Shown: one piece after another, positions 27,579 through 38,834 of the stretch
Layout of the letters: each line of letters opens with the position of its first letter
How positions within the stretch are numbered: the stretch's first letter is position 1
NCBI GenBank assembly: GCA_029262275.1
Contig: JAJCZS010000007.1
Coordinates: 382,031 to 446,030, forward strand
DNA from: Deltaproteobacteria bacterium
Lineage (GTDB): Bacteria > Desulfobacterota_D > UBA1144 > Nemesobacterales > UBA2774
Direction: 5' to 3'
DNA: 64,000 bases
Program-made: the position numbers and the translations under genes
The notes under the pieces: model-generated
What the model saw: only the letters and a program-made list of their open reading frames with translations
What the model was told of the DNA's origin: nothing
Databases searched by the model: none

Positions 27579-28697
27579 GTGAAAAAATTACCGCTACATG
27601 AAGTTCATAAATCTCTGCACGCTAACCTAGGTGATTCATCAGGATGGTTGGTACCGCTTAACTATGGGGATGAGTTGTCCGAATACAAATCTGTCAGAGA
27701 GGGTGTGGGAATAATAGACTTATCAAGTAGAGGGAAATTGAGATTGAGCGGCAAGGATCATATCAAGTTTCTCCAAGGCATGTTATCTAATGATGTGGTG
27801 AAATTAGAAGAAAAAAAAGGTATGTATGCCACAATTCTAAATGTAAAAGGCAGATTGATCTCTGATATGAGAGTGTACCGGGAGAGTGAATCTGTTTTAA
27901 TTGATCTCGAGCCCGTACTGAACCAAAAAGTCCTCGAGCTTCTGACAAAATTCAGACTCTCCTATAAAGCCAACATCGATGATATCTCTCAAAATACAGG
28001 TTTAATTTCCATTCAAGGGCCACAAGCAATCAAACTACTGGAATTGCTTATTGAAGAAAAGCCACCGCAAATGGAACAATACGAGTTTATACAAAAAGAA
28101 GCCCTCGGCCATTTGCTCACAATAGTGAGTGTGAACCGCACTGGCGAGGAGGGGTTTGATCTTTATGTGAGTAACGATGGATTAAAAGACTTATGGGATG
28201 CTCTCTTGATGGAACGTGAAGGTCTGAATGTCAGTCCCATAGGCTACAATGCTTTAAATATGCTTAGGATTGAAGCAGGTATACCCATCTACGGAGTGGA
28301 TATGGATGAGAGTAATATTCCTATTGAGGCTGGCCTTTGGGATGCTCTTGATTTTGAGAAGGGATGCTATGTTGGTCAAGAAGTTGTTGCTAGGATTAAA
28401 TGGAGAGGACATGTGAACTGGCACCTAGTAGGTTTTGAGAGCGAAGGTGAGGTTGCTCCAAAGGTTGGAGATGAAATTTTCTTGGATGAGCGCAAAATCG
28501 GCCGAATCACAAGTAGTACGCTCTCACCTACATTCAATAAACCACTTTCCCTTGGATATATAAGGAGAGAGCACAAAGATCCTGGTACTAAAGTATTGCT
28601 AAACACTGATGCTGGTTCTGGAATAAGGACCGAAGTTAAAGAACTTCCCTTTTACAAAGGCGCATTTAAAATGGCAAAAAATGATGCTAGTAGCTGA
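27579..28697 (+). CDS. Aminomethyltransferase, GcvT/YgfZ family (folate-dependent).
   Basis: 372-aa protein with a GcvT-like N-terminus (GW.VPL.YG...E...VREGVGIIDLS). No gcvH or gcvP is adjacent, so it may be a paralog. GTG start. Confidence 0.65.
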   Translation: MKKLPLHEVHKSLHANLGDSSGWLVPLNYGDELSEYKSVREGVGIIDLSSRGKLRLSGKDHIKFLQGMLSNDVVKLEEKKGMYATILNVKGRLISDMRVYRESESVLIDLEPVLNQKVLELLTKFRLSYKANIDDISQNTGLISIQGPQAIKLLELLIEEKPPQMEQYEFIQKEALGHLLTIVSVNRTGEEGFDLYVSNDGLKDLWDALLMEREGLNVSPIGYNALNMLRIEAGIPIYGVDMDESNIPIEAGLWDALDFEKGCYVGQEVVARIKWRGHVNWHLVGFESEGEVAPKVGDEIFLDERKIGRITSSTLSPTFNKPLSLGYIRREHKDPGTKVLLNTDAGSGIRTEVKELPFYKGAFKMAKNDASS

Positions 28698-28875
28698 AAA
28701 GACTAGAAAAATGCTTGATTTTATTTTCTCCTAGATTATATTATCTAGTCTGGGTATTTGTATTTATTGGGTATGTTATAAAAATTGGTTGGGAATCAAA
28801 AAAATTTGGATTATTATAATATCTACGCCAACATACGCCCATTTGGGCTTATTAGTTGGGTAGGAGGGTGTTGAA

Positions 28876-29910
28876 ATGATATTGGATGCAATACTAGGAT
28901 GGTTTTCAAATGATCTTGCTGTTGATTTGGGAACCGCTAATACTCTTGTTTATGTCAGAGGCAAAGGCATTGTTGCTAATGAGCCATCTGTTGTAGCTGT
29001 TCAGGAGGATATGAGAGGTACAAAGAAGATACTTGCTGTAGGAACTGAGGCCAAAAATATGGTAGGTAGGACACCAGGTTCTATTAAGGCTATCAGACCT
29101 CTTAGAGACGGAGTTATCGCAGATTTTGATGTTGCCCAAAAGATGTTGGAATACTTTATCCGTAAGACACATAATAATAGAAAAAGTTTTGTAAGACCAA
29201 GAATTATTGTATCCGTTCCAATTGGCATTACAGAGGTGGAAAAAAGAGCAGTAAAAGAATCTGCTGAAGCTGCGGGCGCAAGGGAAGTTTATCTAATTGA
29301 AGAGACAATGTCTGCTGCGATTGGTGCCGGGATGCCTGTTACAGAACCTGCTGGAAACATGGTTGTTGATATTGGCGGTGGAACAACTGGAGTTGCTGTG
29401 ATATCACTTGCTGGGATTGTTGTGAGTAAGTCTATTAAAGTAGGCGGGGATAAGCTCGACGAATCCATACTTCAGTATGTAAAGAGAAACTACAATATGC
29501 TAATTGGTGAGAGAACCGCTGAGGATGTAAAGAAAAAACTTGGAAAGGTGCTTGGTAATGGCGATATGGGATCAATGAATGTTAAAGGTAGAGACCTTAG
29601 GGCTGGAATACCAAGGACCATTGAAATAACTTCTGAAGAGGTAAGAGAAGCACTTACAGAGCCAGTGAGCTTAATAATAGAGGCCATCAAACAGACTCTA
29701 GAGAGAACCCCACCTGAGCTTGCTGCTGATATTGTGGATAACGGTATAGTGCTTACCGGCGGCGGAGCGCTTTTAGGAAACCTGGATGAGCTAATCATGG
29801 AAGAAACGGGCCTACCTGTTGCAAAAGCAGAGGATCCGCTAACTTGCGTTGTTTTAGGTTCTGGAAAAGCTCTTGATGAGTTGGATCTGCTACGAGAAGT
29901 GAGTATGTAG
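28876..29910 (+). CDS. mreB: Rod shape-determining actin homolog MreB.
   Basis: [18 protein letters not shown] phosphate-1 motif; 344 aa. Confidence 0.9.
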   Translation: MILDAILGWFSNDLAVDLGTANTLVYVRGKGIVANEPSVVAVQEDMRGTKKILAVGTEAKNMVGRTPGSIKAIRPLRDGVIADFDVAQKMLEYFIRKTHNNRKSFVRPRIIVSVPIGITEVEKRAVKESAEAAGAREVYLIEETMSAAIGAGMPVTEPAGNMVVDIGGGTTGVAVISLAGIVVSKSIKVGGDKLDESILQYVKRNYNMLIGERTAEDVKKKLGKVLGNGDMGSMNVKGRDLRAGIPRTIEITSEEVREALTEPVSLIIEAIKQTLERTPPELAADIVDNGIVLTGGGALLGNLDELIMEETGLPVAKAEDPLTCVVLGSGKALDELDLLREVSM

Positions 29911-29967
29911 TTGTTCCAAGAGTGTGTTCTCAAATCAGCATACTGTCAGCACTTATAAAATACGTCT

Positions 29968-30795
29968 ATGAAGTTTCTAAAGAATAGAGCAGTTTTAATA
30001 ACCATCGTTCTCTTTTTTATATCTTTACAGCTCTATTCTCTTAATCTCAGAGAGAGGAAAAGTCAGAACTTTATCTCTGGTCTTGTTCTAACCGTTACCT
30101 ATTATCCCCAAAAACTTATATATGTGATTTCAGACAAAGTAATAAACACCTGGCAGGACTATATGGATCTTGTAAATGTCAGGCAAGAGAATATTGAGTT
30201 AAAAGAGGATATTAAAAAGCTTAGGGTTGAAAAGTTCGAATTAGCTGAGGCTAAGATACAAAATCAGCGGCTTAAGAAGCTTTTGAATTTTAAAGAAATA
30301 CCGTCCTATCCTATAGTGCCAGCTAATGTAATAGGAGGCAGTCCCTCACTACTGCGCAGCGAAGTTATAGTGGTAGACCGAGGTAGTAGTGATGGAATAT
30401 CCCAGGGAATGCCTGTAGCTTCCTCAGAGGGCATAGTGGGCAAAGTGCTTACTGTTGGTGATAAGAGCTCTGAAATACTTCTAATAACTGATCCCTTAAG
30501 TGCTATAGACGCCTTTGTTCACAGGACCAGAGTCAGGGGCATTGTAAAGGGAGCTGAAGGAGGGTGTACAATGGAGTACATAGAGCAGAACTCTGATATT
30601 AGTGTTGGAGATAAGATTATCTCATCAGGGAAGGAAGGTTTTTTCCCAAAAGGCGTGATCATAGGCACTGTTGTAGACATTGAAACGAAAGGAAGTTTCT
30701 TGAGCGCCCAGGTATCTCCATTTGTAGATTTAGAATCTTTAGAAGAAGTTGTTATAATTCTTAAAACTAATAATAATATTGTCTTAAATGAATAA
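29968..30795 (+). CDS. mreC: Rod shape-determining protein MreC.
   Basis: N-terminal TM, then coiled coil, then a beta-rich C-terminus; positioned between mreB and mreD. Confidence 0.8.
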   Translation: MKFLKNRAVLITIVLFFISLQLYSLNLRERKSQNFISGLVLTVTYYPQKLIYVISDKVINTWQDYMDLVNVRQENIELKEDIKKLRVEKFELAEAKIQNQRLKKLLNFKEIPSYPIVPANVIGGSPSLLRSEVIVVDRGSSDGISQGMPVASSEGIVGKVLTVGDKSSEILLITDPLSAIDAFVHRTRVRGIVKGAEGGCTMEYIEQNSDISVGDKIISSGKEGFFPKGVIIGTVVDIETKGSFLSAQVSPFVDLESLEEVVIILKTNNNIVLNE

Positions 30796-31279
30796 GTACC
30801 TGTCCATAATATTCTTAGTATTGGTTTCGGTAATCTTTATTACCATACAGTCCACGCTCCTTTCTCCGCATAATCTTGGCGATTACTATCCTGATCTAAA
30901 TCTAATTCTAATTGTTTTTCTAGCCATTTTTTCAGAAATAAGGGGGGGCTTCTTCTTGGCCCTTGGCAATGGATACATGATGGATGTGCTTTCAGGCAAC
31001 TTGCCCGGCACATTCACTATATCAAGATTGAGTGCTTATTTGTTAGTGCGAAGCGGGTCAAACCATGTTTATTTAAAAAAGTCTCTCATTCAGGGGCTTG
31101 TTATTTTCTTTGCTACAATTTTTACATGGATTTTTATTCTAACTATCATTACAATAAAGAAAGATGATAGTTTTGATATAACGGCAAAGTCTATACTGAT
31201 TCAAGGTATAGTTAATGCTATAGTCGGCGTTCCAATTTTTTGGATGATACACAGGGTAAATGCAAGATTTCAGAAATAG
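30788..31279 (+). CDS. mreD: Rod shape-determining protein MreD.
   Basis: 163-aa polytopic membrane protein that overlaps the mreC end. Confidence 0.7.
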   Translation: MNKYLSIIFLVLVSVIFITIQSTLLSPHNLGDYYPDLNLILIVFLAIFSEIRGGFFLALGNGYMMDVLSGNLPGTFTISRLSAYLLVRSGSNHVYLKKSLIQGLVIFFATIFTWIFILTIITIKKDDSFDITAKSILIQGIVNAIVGVPIFWMIHRVNARFQK

Positions 31280-33071
31280 ATTACTTATGGTAACCGTGAT
31301 ACTAGGGCTAGCTTTTTTGGTCCTGGGATCCAGACTGTGGTACTTACAAGTGCTAAAGGGAGAAGAATTTGAAAAGTTCTCTTTAGAAAACCATATTAGG
31401 GTTGAGAGAGTGCCCGCACCTAGAGGAAGAATCCTTGACAGATATGGAAAAGAATTAGTTGTCAACAGGACCTCTTTTGATATATACGCCATACCCAAAG
31501 ACATCAAAGATATTCCCTATTTAATTCAATCACTTTCACCAATATTAAATCTTGATGCAAATCAAACCCAGAAGAACATAGATTCCGCTTTAAAAAAGAA
31601 AAGTTTTAAACCTGTACTACTTGCTAAAGATATAAACAGGGATCAGCTTGCATATATAGAGGCAAGAAGAAGCTCGCTGCCTGGTGTGATAATTGAAATC
31701 AATAATTTAAGACAATATCCACATGGTGATTTGGGAGCTTCTTTCCTAGGTTATATTGGCAAAGTAAGCGAGGCCGAACTAAATAAAAATCCCAAGATTA
31801 ACAATAACGATTTAGTTGGGAAAACAGGCATAGAGAAAGGTTGGGAGAGTTCTTTGAGGGGAGATGATGGTTATACCCAAAAAGTAACGGATGCTCTAGG
31901 AAGAGAAGTGAAGTCAAATTTGTTCTTAGAGGACCTTCAGAACAAAAAGAGTATGCCTGGCAGTGACGTTCGGTTAACAGTAGACATTGAGCTTCAAAAG
32001 GCAGCTGAAGAAGCACTAGGTGAGGAGTCAGGAGCCATAGTTGTAGTGGATGTAAATACAGGAGAAGTCCTTGCACTAGCCAGCAGACCCTCCTTTAATC
32101 CTGCTGATTTCATAAAGGGTATAGATGCAAAAACCTGGTCTAATCTTGTAAATGATAAATCCTCTCCCCTGTTAAATCGCGCCACACAAGGTCTTTATGC
32201 TCCAGGGTCTGTATTTAAAATGGTCCCAAGTGTAGCCGCTCTAAATGAAGGTTTTATAAACGAGGAAGAATATGTTTATTGTCCTGGATATTATAAATCC
32301 GGTAACAGCAAGTTTAGATGCTGGAAGAGGGGAGGGCATGGACAGGTAAATCTAAGGAGCGCAATCGTTAAGTCTTGCGATGTTTATTTCTATAAAATCG
32401 CAGAAATGATGGGTATCAATAATCTAAGCAAATACATGAGAGCTTTTGGATACGGATCTATAACGGATTTAGGTATTGAAGAGAGAGCAGGGATATCTCC
32501 AAGCAGAGAATGGAAACAAAAGAGATTTAATAAACCCTGGTATAGAGGTGAGACGATTGTCTCTGCAATTGGGCAGGGTTATGTAAGCGTAACCCCACTG
32601 CAGGTTTCAATGATGACGGCAGCCGTTGCAAACAATGGAAAATTACTCAAACCTACAATTGTGCTTGAGATAAGCTCTTATGACGGAGAAGAAAAGTTCA
32701 AACATAGCCCTGTTGTTACAAGTCAAATCCCAGTGCAACAAGAGATGCTCGATTTAGTTAAAGACGCTATGGTGGGTGTTGTGAATGATCCGGGCGGCAC
32801 AGGACGAGCAGCAAGGTTAAAAGATCTGACTGTTGCTGGAAAAACAGGTACTGCACAAGTAGTATCGCTCGATTCGCAAAGTGAGGATAGAAAACATAGA
32901 GATCATGCCTGGTTTACTTCTTATGCCCCAGCTGAGGCTCCAAAGATTGCTGTAACCGTTCTTATAGAACACGGAGGTAAGGGAGGGGCGGTGGCTGCTC
33001 CAATTGCTGGAAATCTTATAGAAATTTATAAAAAACTTATGGAAGAGAGAAAAGCAGATGATAATGTTTGA
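31260..33071 (+). CDS. mrdA: Penicillin-binding protein 2 (elongasome transpeptidase).
   Basis: SxxK motif (GSVFK) and KTG motif (AGKTGTA); 603 aa. Confidence 0.85.
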   Translation: MQDFRNRLLMVTVILGLAFLVLGSRLWYLQVLKGEEFEKFSLENHIRVERVPAPRGRILDRYGKELVVNRTSFDIYAIPKDIKDIPYLIQSLSPILNLDANQTQKNIDSALKKKSFKPVLLAKDINRDQLAYIEARRSSLPGVIIEINNLRQYPHGDLGASFLGYIGKVSEAELNKNPKINNNDLVGKTGIEKGWESSLRGDDGYTQKVTDALGREVKSNLFLEDLQNKKSMPGSDVRLTVDIELQKAAEEALGEESGAIVVVDVNTGEVLALASRPSFNPADFIKGIDAKTWSNLVNDKSSPLLNRATQGLYAPGSVFKMVPSVAALNEGFINEEEYVYCPGYYKSGNSKFRCWKRGGHGQVNLRSAIVKSCDVYFYKIAEMMGINNLSKYMRAFGYGSITDLGIEERAGISPSREWKQKRFNKPWYRGETIVSAIGQGYVSVTPLQVSMMTAAVANNGKLLKPTIVLEISSYDGEEKFKHSPVVTSQIPVQQEMLDLVKDAMVGVVNDPGGTGRAARLKDLTVAGKTGTAQVVSLDSQSEDRKHRDHAWFTSYAPAEAPKIAVTVLIEHGGKGGAVAAPIAGNLIEIYKKLMEERKADDNV

Positions 33072-34182
33072 TAGAAGACTGCTTAAAAACTTTGGGTGGT
33101 TTCTTTTCTTATTAACTCTAGCGTTTTCTGCTATATCACTTCTAAATTTATATAGCGCTTCTTATGAGACCGGACTTACATCCTTCAAAAAGCAGTTTTT
33201 CTGGATAGGGGTTGGTCTTGTTGCCCTTATCTTCATATCTTTTATAAATTATAGGCTTATTAGACAATACACTTTTTACATCTACAGCTTCACAATATTA
33301 CTTTTAGTGTTTGTTCTCTTTTTTGGAAAAGAAGTTGCAGGCTCTAAAAGCTGGATTGATATAGCTTCACTGGCAACTGTTCAACCCTCTGAGCTTGTGA
33401 AGATTTCTGTCATTTTAATATTGGCAAAGTTTTATGACAATGACTACCAAGCTACACCTTATGGTTTCCTTGATCTGATAAAACCCATAATATTTATCGC
33501 CGTACCAGTCGTCTTAGTCCTTATGCAACCTGATCTAGGTACTGCTATGACAATACTCTTGATTTCAGGAAGTATGGTTCTTTTTATGGGCGTAAAGAAA
33601 TGGTCTGTTGCCTTTATTCTAATTGTAGTTCTAGGAGTTTCTTTCTATTCCTGGCACTACACTCTTAAACCTTATCAGAAAGACAGGATTAAAACATTTA
33701 TCAACCCTGCGAGTGATCCACTCAATGCAGGATACAATTCTATACAGTCTCAGATAGCTATAGGCTCGGGTGGGCTAGCGGGCAAGGGGCTTAGATCCGG
33801 CTCACAAACACAGCTTAGGTTTATACCTGCTCAGCAAACTGATTTCGCCTTTTCAGTCTTAGCTGAAGAATGGGGGTTTTTAGGAAGCATCTGTGTCTTA
33901 CTTCTTTACTTCATGATAATTCTTTGGATGCTTGATACGTCAAGTCGAGCGAGAGACAAATTCTCTATGCTTGTCTGCTTTGGTGTTGCGGCAATGTTCT
34001 TCTGGCACGTACTGGTTAATGTTGGAATGGTAATAGGGATACTCCCGGTTACAGGGGTTCCGCTATTGATATTTAGCTACGGTGGTTCCTCAACGCTTAC
34101 TGCAATGATTGGGATAGGTCTAGTGTTAGGGATTAGAATGAGAAAGTTCTCAATGTCAGGTGAAGCTATTGATTTGGGCTAG
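33058..34182 (+). CDS. rodA: Peptidoglycan glycosyltransferase RodA (SEDS family).
   Basis: 374-aa polytopic SEDS protein located immediately after mrdA. Confidence 0.85.
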   Translation: MIMFDRRLLKNFGWFLFLLTLAFSAISLLNLYSASYETGLTSFKKQFFWIGVGLVALIFISFINYRLIRQYTFYIYSFTILLLVFVLFFGKEVAGSKSWIDIASLATVQPSELVKISVILILAKFYDNDYQATPYGFLDLIKPIIFIAVPVVLVLMQPDLGTAMTILLISGSMVLFMGVKKWSVAFILIVVLGVSFYSWHYTLKPYQKDRIKTFINPASDPLNAGYNSIQSQIAIGSGGLAGKGLRSGSQTQLRFIPAQQTDFAFSVLAEEWGFLGSICVLLLYFMIILWMLDTSSRARDKFSMLVCFGVAAMFFWHVLVNVGMVIGILPVTGVPLLIFSYGGSSTLTAMIGIGLVLGIRMRKFSMSGEAIDLG

Positions 34183-35147
34183 TCTTTGTTAAGATCTCTA
34201 GAGCATGGGATACCATCTAAGCTTGTAGATTGCTCCACCGCTCTGATGATAGCTTTTTGAGTTAGCTCAGCAGCTATTACTCCTACTAGGTTCACATCGT
34301 CTTTTTTGTCTCCCAATGAGACTGATATGACCATATCTCCATCTTGGACTGTGTGTACGGGAGAGATAACCTTTGCAAGCCCCGTTTGTGCAATATTAGA
34401 AATTCTTAACAGCTCGGACTTTGAAAAGTTGGCATCAGTAACAACAACTGCAAGCGTTGTATTTTGATAGCTGTCCGCTCTTCTTATTATTCCCTGTTTA
34501 AATAAATTCACAGTTCCAGGGAATTTATGTCCTTCTTCAGAATCCCTAACACCTGCTATAACTTCTCCCCTCTCTGGTGATACAACGTCTCCAAATGCAT
34601 TAACTACAACGAATACTCCAATGGTTGCTCCACTGTTTAATCTATAACTTAGGGTTCCAATACCACCTTTAGTCGCTTGTTTTAAACCCATCAGTTTTCC
34701 TATTGTGGCCCCAGTTCCTACACCGACCGAACCTTCTTTAATTTCTGATGATTTAGCATTGATACATGCCTCGTATCCCATTTGGGCGTTTGGTCTGATT
34801 CTCCCGTCCCCAATTCCTAAATCGAAAATCACTGCTGTGGGAACCGAAGGTACAACTAGTCCCCTGCCAACCTCAAGCCCTATGTTTCTTTCTTCCAAGT
34901 ATTTTAAGACCCCGCTTGATGCATCAAGACCGTATCCGCTTCCACCAGTTAGTAAGACCGCATGGATTTTCCCAAATGTATTGTGGGAGAGAAGAGAGTC
35001 TATTTGCCTGGTGCTTGTTCCGCCTCCCCTTAGATCAATAGCGGCTGTTGCAGGATTTTCAAATAAAATCACACTACATCCGGTAATGGCTTCAAAATCT
35101 GAAGCATGGCCAACTTTTACACCTTCAATGTCAATAATTGATCCCAT
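34179..35147 (-). CDS. P1/S58 family peptidase (DmpA-like L-aminopeptidase/D-Ala-esterase).
   Basis: DmpA/ArgJ-fold pattern (DLRGGGTSTR). The likely start is the internal Met at 35147 (MGSIIDIEGVKVGH); the ORF-track ORF extends to 35246. Confidence 0.6.
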   Translation of the reverse strand: MGSIIDIEGVKVGHASDFEAITGCSVILFENPATAAIDLRGGGTSTRQIDSLLSHNTFGKIHAVLLTGGSGYGLDASSGVLKYLEERNIGLEVGRGLVVPSVPTAVIFDLGIGDGRIRPNAQMGYEACINAKSSEIKEGSVGVGTGATIGKLMGLKQATKGGIGTLSYRLNSGATIGVFVVVNAFGDVVSPERGEVIAGVRDSEEGHKFPGTVNLFKQGIIRRADSYQNTTLAVVVTDANFSKSELLRISNIAQTGLAKVISPVHTVQDGDMVISVSLGDKKDDVNLVGVIAAELTQKAIIRAVEQSTSLDGIPCSRDLNKD

Positions 35148-35414
35148 TTTGTAGTATTCTAAATTTAATATAGACAATTTCCAAATTAGCTCTGATTTAG
35201 CCAAGTTAGTGATACTTGACAGGATACAGGAATCAGCTAGAATCATCCACGTTTTGAGGTTGTCGGAGGTTATAAGTGCGAGTGTTTAAAACCCAATAAT
35301 ATTTAAGTATTATTGCCTTTGCCCTCCAAAAATATGAACATATATTTGAATTGACAATCTGTAGCGAATAAGTGTTTTATCTAGAAAGTATCTAAGCTGT
35401 TCTAAATAATCGCA

Positions 35415-36224
35415 ATGTATAAAACAAAATTAATATTTTCTGTTCTTTTGTTGTTTATATTTCTTTCAGTAGAATCAGTATTTGCACTTACTGATTCTAG
35501 AGATGTAAAAGATATTGGTATTGATGAAAGATTAGGGGAATTTATACCGGGCGAAATTACACTTACTGATGAAAATAATGAGCCTGTTGTTTTTGAAGAC
35601 CTGTTATCTAAAGATACCCCCACTGTTTTGAATCTTGTTTATTATAGTTGCCCTAAGCTTTGCAATTTTGCTGCAGACGGATTATTAAAAGTTGTGAATG
35701 AGACAGAGTCTCTTGAATTAGGTAAGGATTTTAAATTGCTGACAGTCAGCTTTGATCCAAAAGATTCACCTGAGTTGGCTGCTAAAAAAGCACTTAAATA
35801 TCGAAACGCTACAAAGAGGGTCTTGACAAGCAAACAAGACTGGCCTTTCTTTGTGGGGGATGAAGAAAACATAGAAAAGTTGACTGAGTCTGTAGGTTTC
35901 AGGTACAAATTAGATGGTGAGGAATTCGCACATGCCTCAGCTTTGATTGTAATTACACCTGAGGGAAGAATTTCCAGATATCTCTACGGGATTCAGCATG
36001 TGCCATCTGATTTTAGGCTTTCCTTGCTTGAAGCATCAAAAGGGGAGATAGGATCTTCAAAGTTATTAAATAGCGTGTTACTGTTTTGCTATGGGTTTGA
36101 TCCTGTTGGAAAAAAATACGCGCTTAAAGCTCTCAATATTGTTAAAGCTGGTGGCGTGGTTACATTGTTAACCCTGAGTGTTGGTTTAACATACTTTTGG
36201 AGAAGAGAAAATAGAACCGGATGA
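35415..36224 (+). CDS. sco: SCO1/SenC family copper chaperone (thioredoxin fold) for CuA assembly.
   Basis: CPKLC redox/copper motif and conserved His, with a C-terminal TM helix. It lies directly upstream of coxB. Confidence 0.75.
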   Translation: MYKTKLIFSVLLLFIFLSVESVFALTDSRDVKDIGIDERLGEFIPGEITLTDENNEPVVFEDLLSKDTPTVLNLVYYSCPKLCNFAADGLLKVVNETESLELGKDFKLLTVSFDPKDSPELAAKKALKYRNATKRVLTSKQDWPFFVGDEENIEKLTESVGFRYKLDGEEFAHASALIVITPEGRISRYLYGIQHVPSDFRLSLLEASKGEIGSSKLLNSVLLFCYGFDPVGKKYALKALNIVKAGGVVTLLTLSVGLTYFWRRENRTG

Positions 36225-36252
36225 ATAGAGATGGAGGTTTAAAAGATAACAG

Positions 36253-37191
36253 ATGACTTGGATTCCAGAGGCAGCATCAAATCTCGCAGGCAAAGTAGAT
36301 GGAGTACTATTAGTAATTACTCTTATCTCTATATTCTTCTTTGTTCTGATATCTGCAGTTTTGATTTACTTTGCAGTGAAGTACAGAAGAAGAAGAGAAG
36401 ATGAAGAAACCCCCTATATAACCGGTAATGAGACTTTCGAAATTATATGGACTGTAATACCATCCATCTTACTAATACTTCTATTTGTTTACGGATATGT
36501 AGTATACAAAGACATGAGAACTCCTCCCAAAGATGCTGTTGATATTACTGTTACAGGTAAACAGTGGCTTTGGACATTTGATTATTACAATGGCAAAAAA
36601 ACATTAAACGAATTATATGTGAAGCAAAACGTGCCTGTCAGAATGATAATGAGGGCTGATGATGTTCTTCACAGTTTCTTTATTCCGCAATTCAGAGTTA
36701 AGCAAGATATTCTTCCAGGTAGGTATACACAACTCTGGTTTATTCCTACTAAGGTTGGAACTTTTGATATATTTTGCGCGGAGTATTGCGGCACAGGCCA
36801 TTCAGCCATGTTAGGAAAAGTAATAGTGCTTAGCCCTGAAGCTTATGATATATGGGAGAAGGGTATAGGTATGGACGACGGCGCAGCTGTGTCCTCGCTA
36901 CCTCCAGCTGAGCTTGGAGAAAAGATTTATAAACAAAAGGGCTGTAACGCATGTCACAGTCTTGACGGTAGTGTTGTTATTGGTCCGTCATTTAAAGGGC
37001 TTTTTGGTAGAACAGGTGTATTGGAAAATGGTAAAAGTTACACAGCTGACGAAAATTATTTAATAGCTTCGATTTATGAACCGCAGGAAGAAATAGTAGA
37101 AGGATTTCAACCTGTGATGCCTTCATTTAAAGGTATACTAAGCGAGAATGAAGTAGATGCTGTTATAGCATTTATAAAGACTTTAAAATAA
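36253..37191 (+). CDS. coxB: Cytochrome c oxidase subunit II with a fused C-terminal cytochrome c domain (caa3-type).
   Basis: CuA site (H...CAEYCGTGHSAM) and a C-terminal CNACH heme c motif. Confidence 0.9.
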   Translation: MTWIPEAASNLAGKVDGVLLVITLISIFFFVLISAVLIYFAVKYRRRREDEETPYITGNETFEIIWTVIPSILLILLFVYGYVVYKDMRTPPKDAVDITVTGKQWLWTFDYYNGKKTLNELYVKQNVPVRMIMRADDVLHSFFIPQFRVKQDILPGRYTQLWFIPTKVGTFDIFCAEYCGTGHSAMLGKVIVLSPEAYDIWEKGIGMDDGAAVSSLPPAELGEKIYKQKGCNACHSLDGSVVIGPSFKGLFGRTGVLENGKSYTADENYLIASIYEPQEEIVEGFQPVMPSFKGILSENEVDAVIAFIKTLK

Positions 37192-37219
37192 GGGTTTAAT
37201 AATTTAGGAGGAAATTTAA

Positions 37220-38833
37220 ATGGCAAATCATACAGTTGCCACAAATGTATATGTTCCGTTTTTAGAGCAAAAGGGCTTTTTGTCCTGGTTTCTAACAACT
37301 GATCATAAACGAATCGGAATTCTATACTTGATTTCTATCTCTTTATTCTTTTTAATAGCCGGCGTTTTAGCGCTGCTTATGAGATTTGAGCTCATGACTC
37401 CAATGTCCGATTTTGTAAGTCCACATACCTACAATGTGCTATTCACATTGCACGGCTCTTTGATGGTCTTTTTCTTCATCGTTCCTGGGCTTGCTGCAAG
37501 TTTTGGTAATTTCCTTATACCCCTTATGATTGGTGCTCCAGATGTTGCCTTCCCAAAGCTTAATTTAGCTAGTTATTGGATATATATAGTGGGAGCTATC
37601 ATTACTCTAATTGCGCTACTATCACCAGCTGATACTGGCTGGACATTCTATACCCCTTACAGTGCGACTACGGATACAGATGTTGTAATGATTACCTTTG
37701 GAGTTTTTGTTCTGGGTTTCTCCTCGATTCTTACTGGAATGAACTTTATTGTTACAATTCATAAAATGAGAGCCCCCGGAATGACGTGGCATCGTTTGCC
37801 GCTATTTATATGGGCTTCCTATGCAACAGCAGTTCTTCAGCTTCTTGCAACTCCAGTTGTTGGTATAACACTTCTTATGCTTATTGCTGAGAGAAGTCTT
37901 GGAGTAGGTTTCTTTGATCCTGCTAAAGGTGGAGATCCTGTACTTTTTCAGAACTTCTTCTGGTTTTACTCACACCCTGCTGTGTACATCATGATCATTC
38001 CAGCTATGGGAGTTATATCAGAAATAATTCCGGTATTTGCTCGTAAACCTATATTTGGCTATAAGGCTATTGCCTATTCAAGTCTTGGTATTGCTTTTAT
38101 AAGCTTTTTGGTTTGGGCTCACCATATGTTTACTAGTGGTATCTCTGAGGTTGCAGCCACGATCTTCTCATTCTTAACTTTCTTAGTTGCTATTCCAACA
38201 GCGATCAAGGTTTTTAACTGGACCGCTACACTATATAAAGGTTCAATTGAGCTCCATTCAGCTATGTTATACGCGCTTGGATTCATCTTCCTATTTACAA
38301 TAGGGGGACTAACAGGAGTTTTCTTAGGAGCGCTTGCTGTAGATATTCATCTTCACGACACCTATTTTGTTGTGGCTCATATGCACTATGTAATGATTGG
38401 TGGAACAGTTATGGGGTTCTTTGGAGCACTTCATTTCTGGTACCCAAAATGGTTTGGCAAGATGTTTAACGAATCAGTTGCCAAACTTGCATGGTTCCTA
38501 GTTTTCGTTGGTTTCAATATTACGTTCTTCCCTCAATTTTTCTTAGGAATCCAGGGTATGCCTAGAAGATATGCTACGTATCCAGAGGAGTTTGAATCCC
38601 TTATGGCTCTATCTACATACGGGTCATGGATATTGGGTCTAGGTGTTCTAATAATGACAGTGAATCTTATAAAAGGACTTTTCAGTGATGAAAAAGCGCC
38701 TCAGAATCCATACGGATCTCTTTCTCTTGAATGGCAGGTGCCTTCACCACCGCCAACCCTAAATTTTGATAAAATTCCTATAGTAACAGATTGGACTTAT
38801 GGTTACGGTAAAAAGAAAGAGGTGGATGCTTAA
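37220..38833 (+). CDS. coxA: Cytochrome c oxidase subunit I.
   Basis: 537-aa protein with 12 TM helices and conserved His ligands ([19 protein letters not shown]). Confidence 0.9.
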   Translation: MANHTVATNVYVPFLEQKGFLSWFLTTDHKRIGILYLISISLFFLIAGVLALLMRFELMTPMSDFVSPHTYNVLFTLHGSLMVFFFIVPGLAASFGNFLIPLMIGAPDVAFPKLNLASYWIYIVGAIITLIALLSPADTGWTFYTPYSATTDTDVVMITFGVFVLGFSSILTGMNFIVTIHKMRAPGMTWHRLPLFIWASYATAVLQLLATPVVGITLLMLIAERSLGVGFFDPAKGGDPVLFQNFFWFYSHPAVYIMIIPAMGVISEIIPVFARKPIFGYKAIAYSSLGIAFISFLVWAHHMFTSGISEVAATIFSFLTFLVAIPTAIKVFNWTATLYKGSIELHSAMLYALGFIFLFTIGGLTGVFLGALAVDIHLHDTYFVVAHMHYVMIGGTVMGFFGALHFWYPKWFGKMFNESVAKLAWFLVFVGFNITFFPQFFLGIQGMPRRYATYPEEFESLMALSTYGSWILGLGVLIMTVNLIKGLFSDEKAPQNPYGSLSLEWQVPSPPPTLNFDKIPIVTDWTYGYGKKKEVDA

Positions 38834-38834
38834 A

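Noticed and set aside
29490-29933. 147-aa minus-strand ORF.
   Set aside because: It lies inside mreB on the opposite strand. It is Ser-rich and low-complexity, and is a shadow ORF.
34705-35154. 149-aa + strand ORF.
   Set aside because: It is antisense inside the dmpA-like gene and has no start context.
38799-38834. Longer N-terminus for coxC as given in the ORF track ([12 protein letters not shown]...).
   Set aside because: It would overlap the end of coxA by 35 nt. The ATG at 38835, directly after the coxA stop, fits subunit III better.
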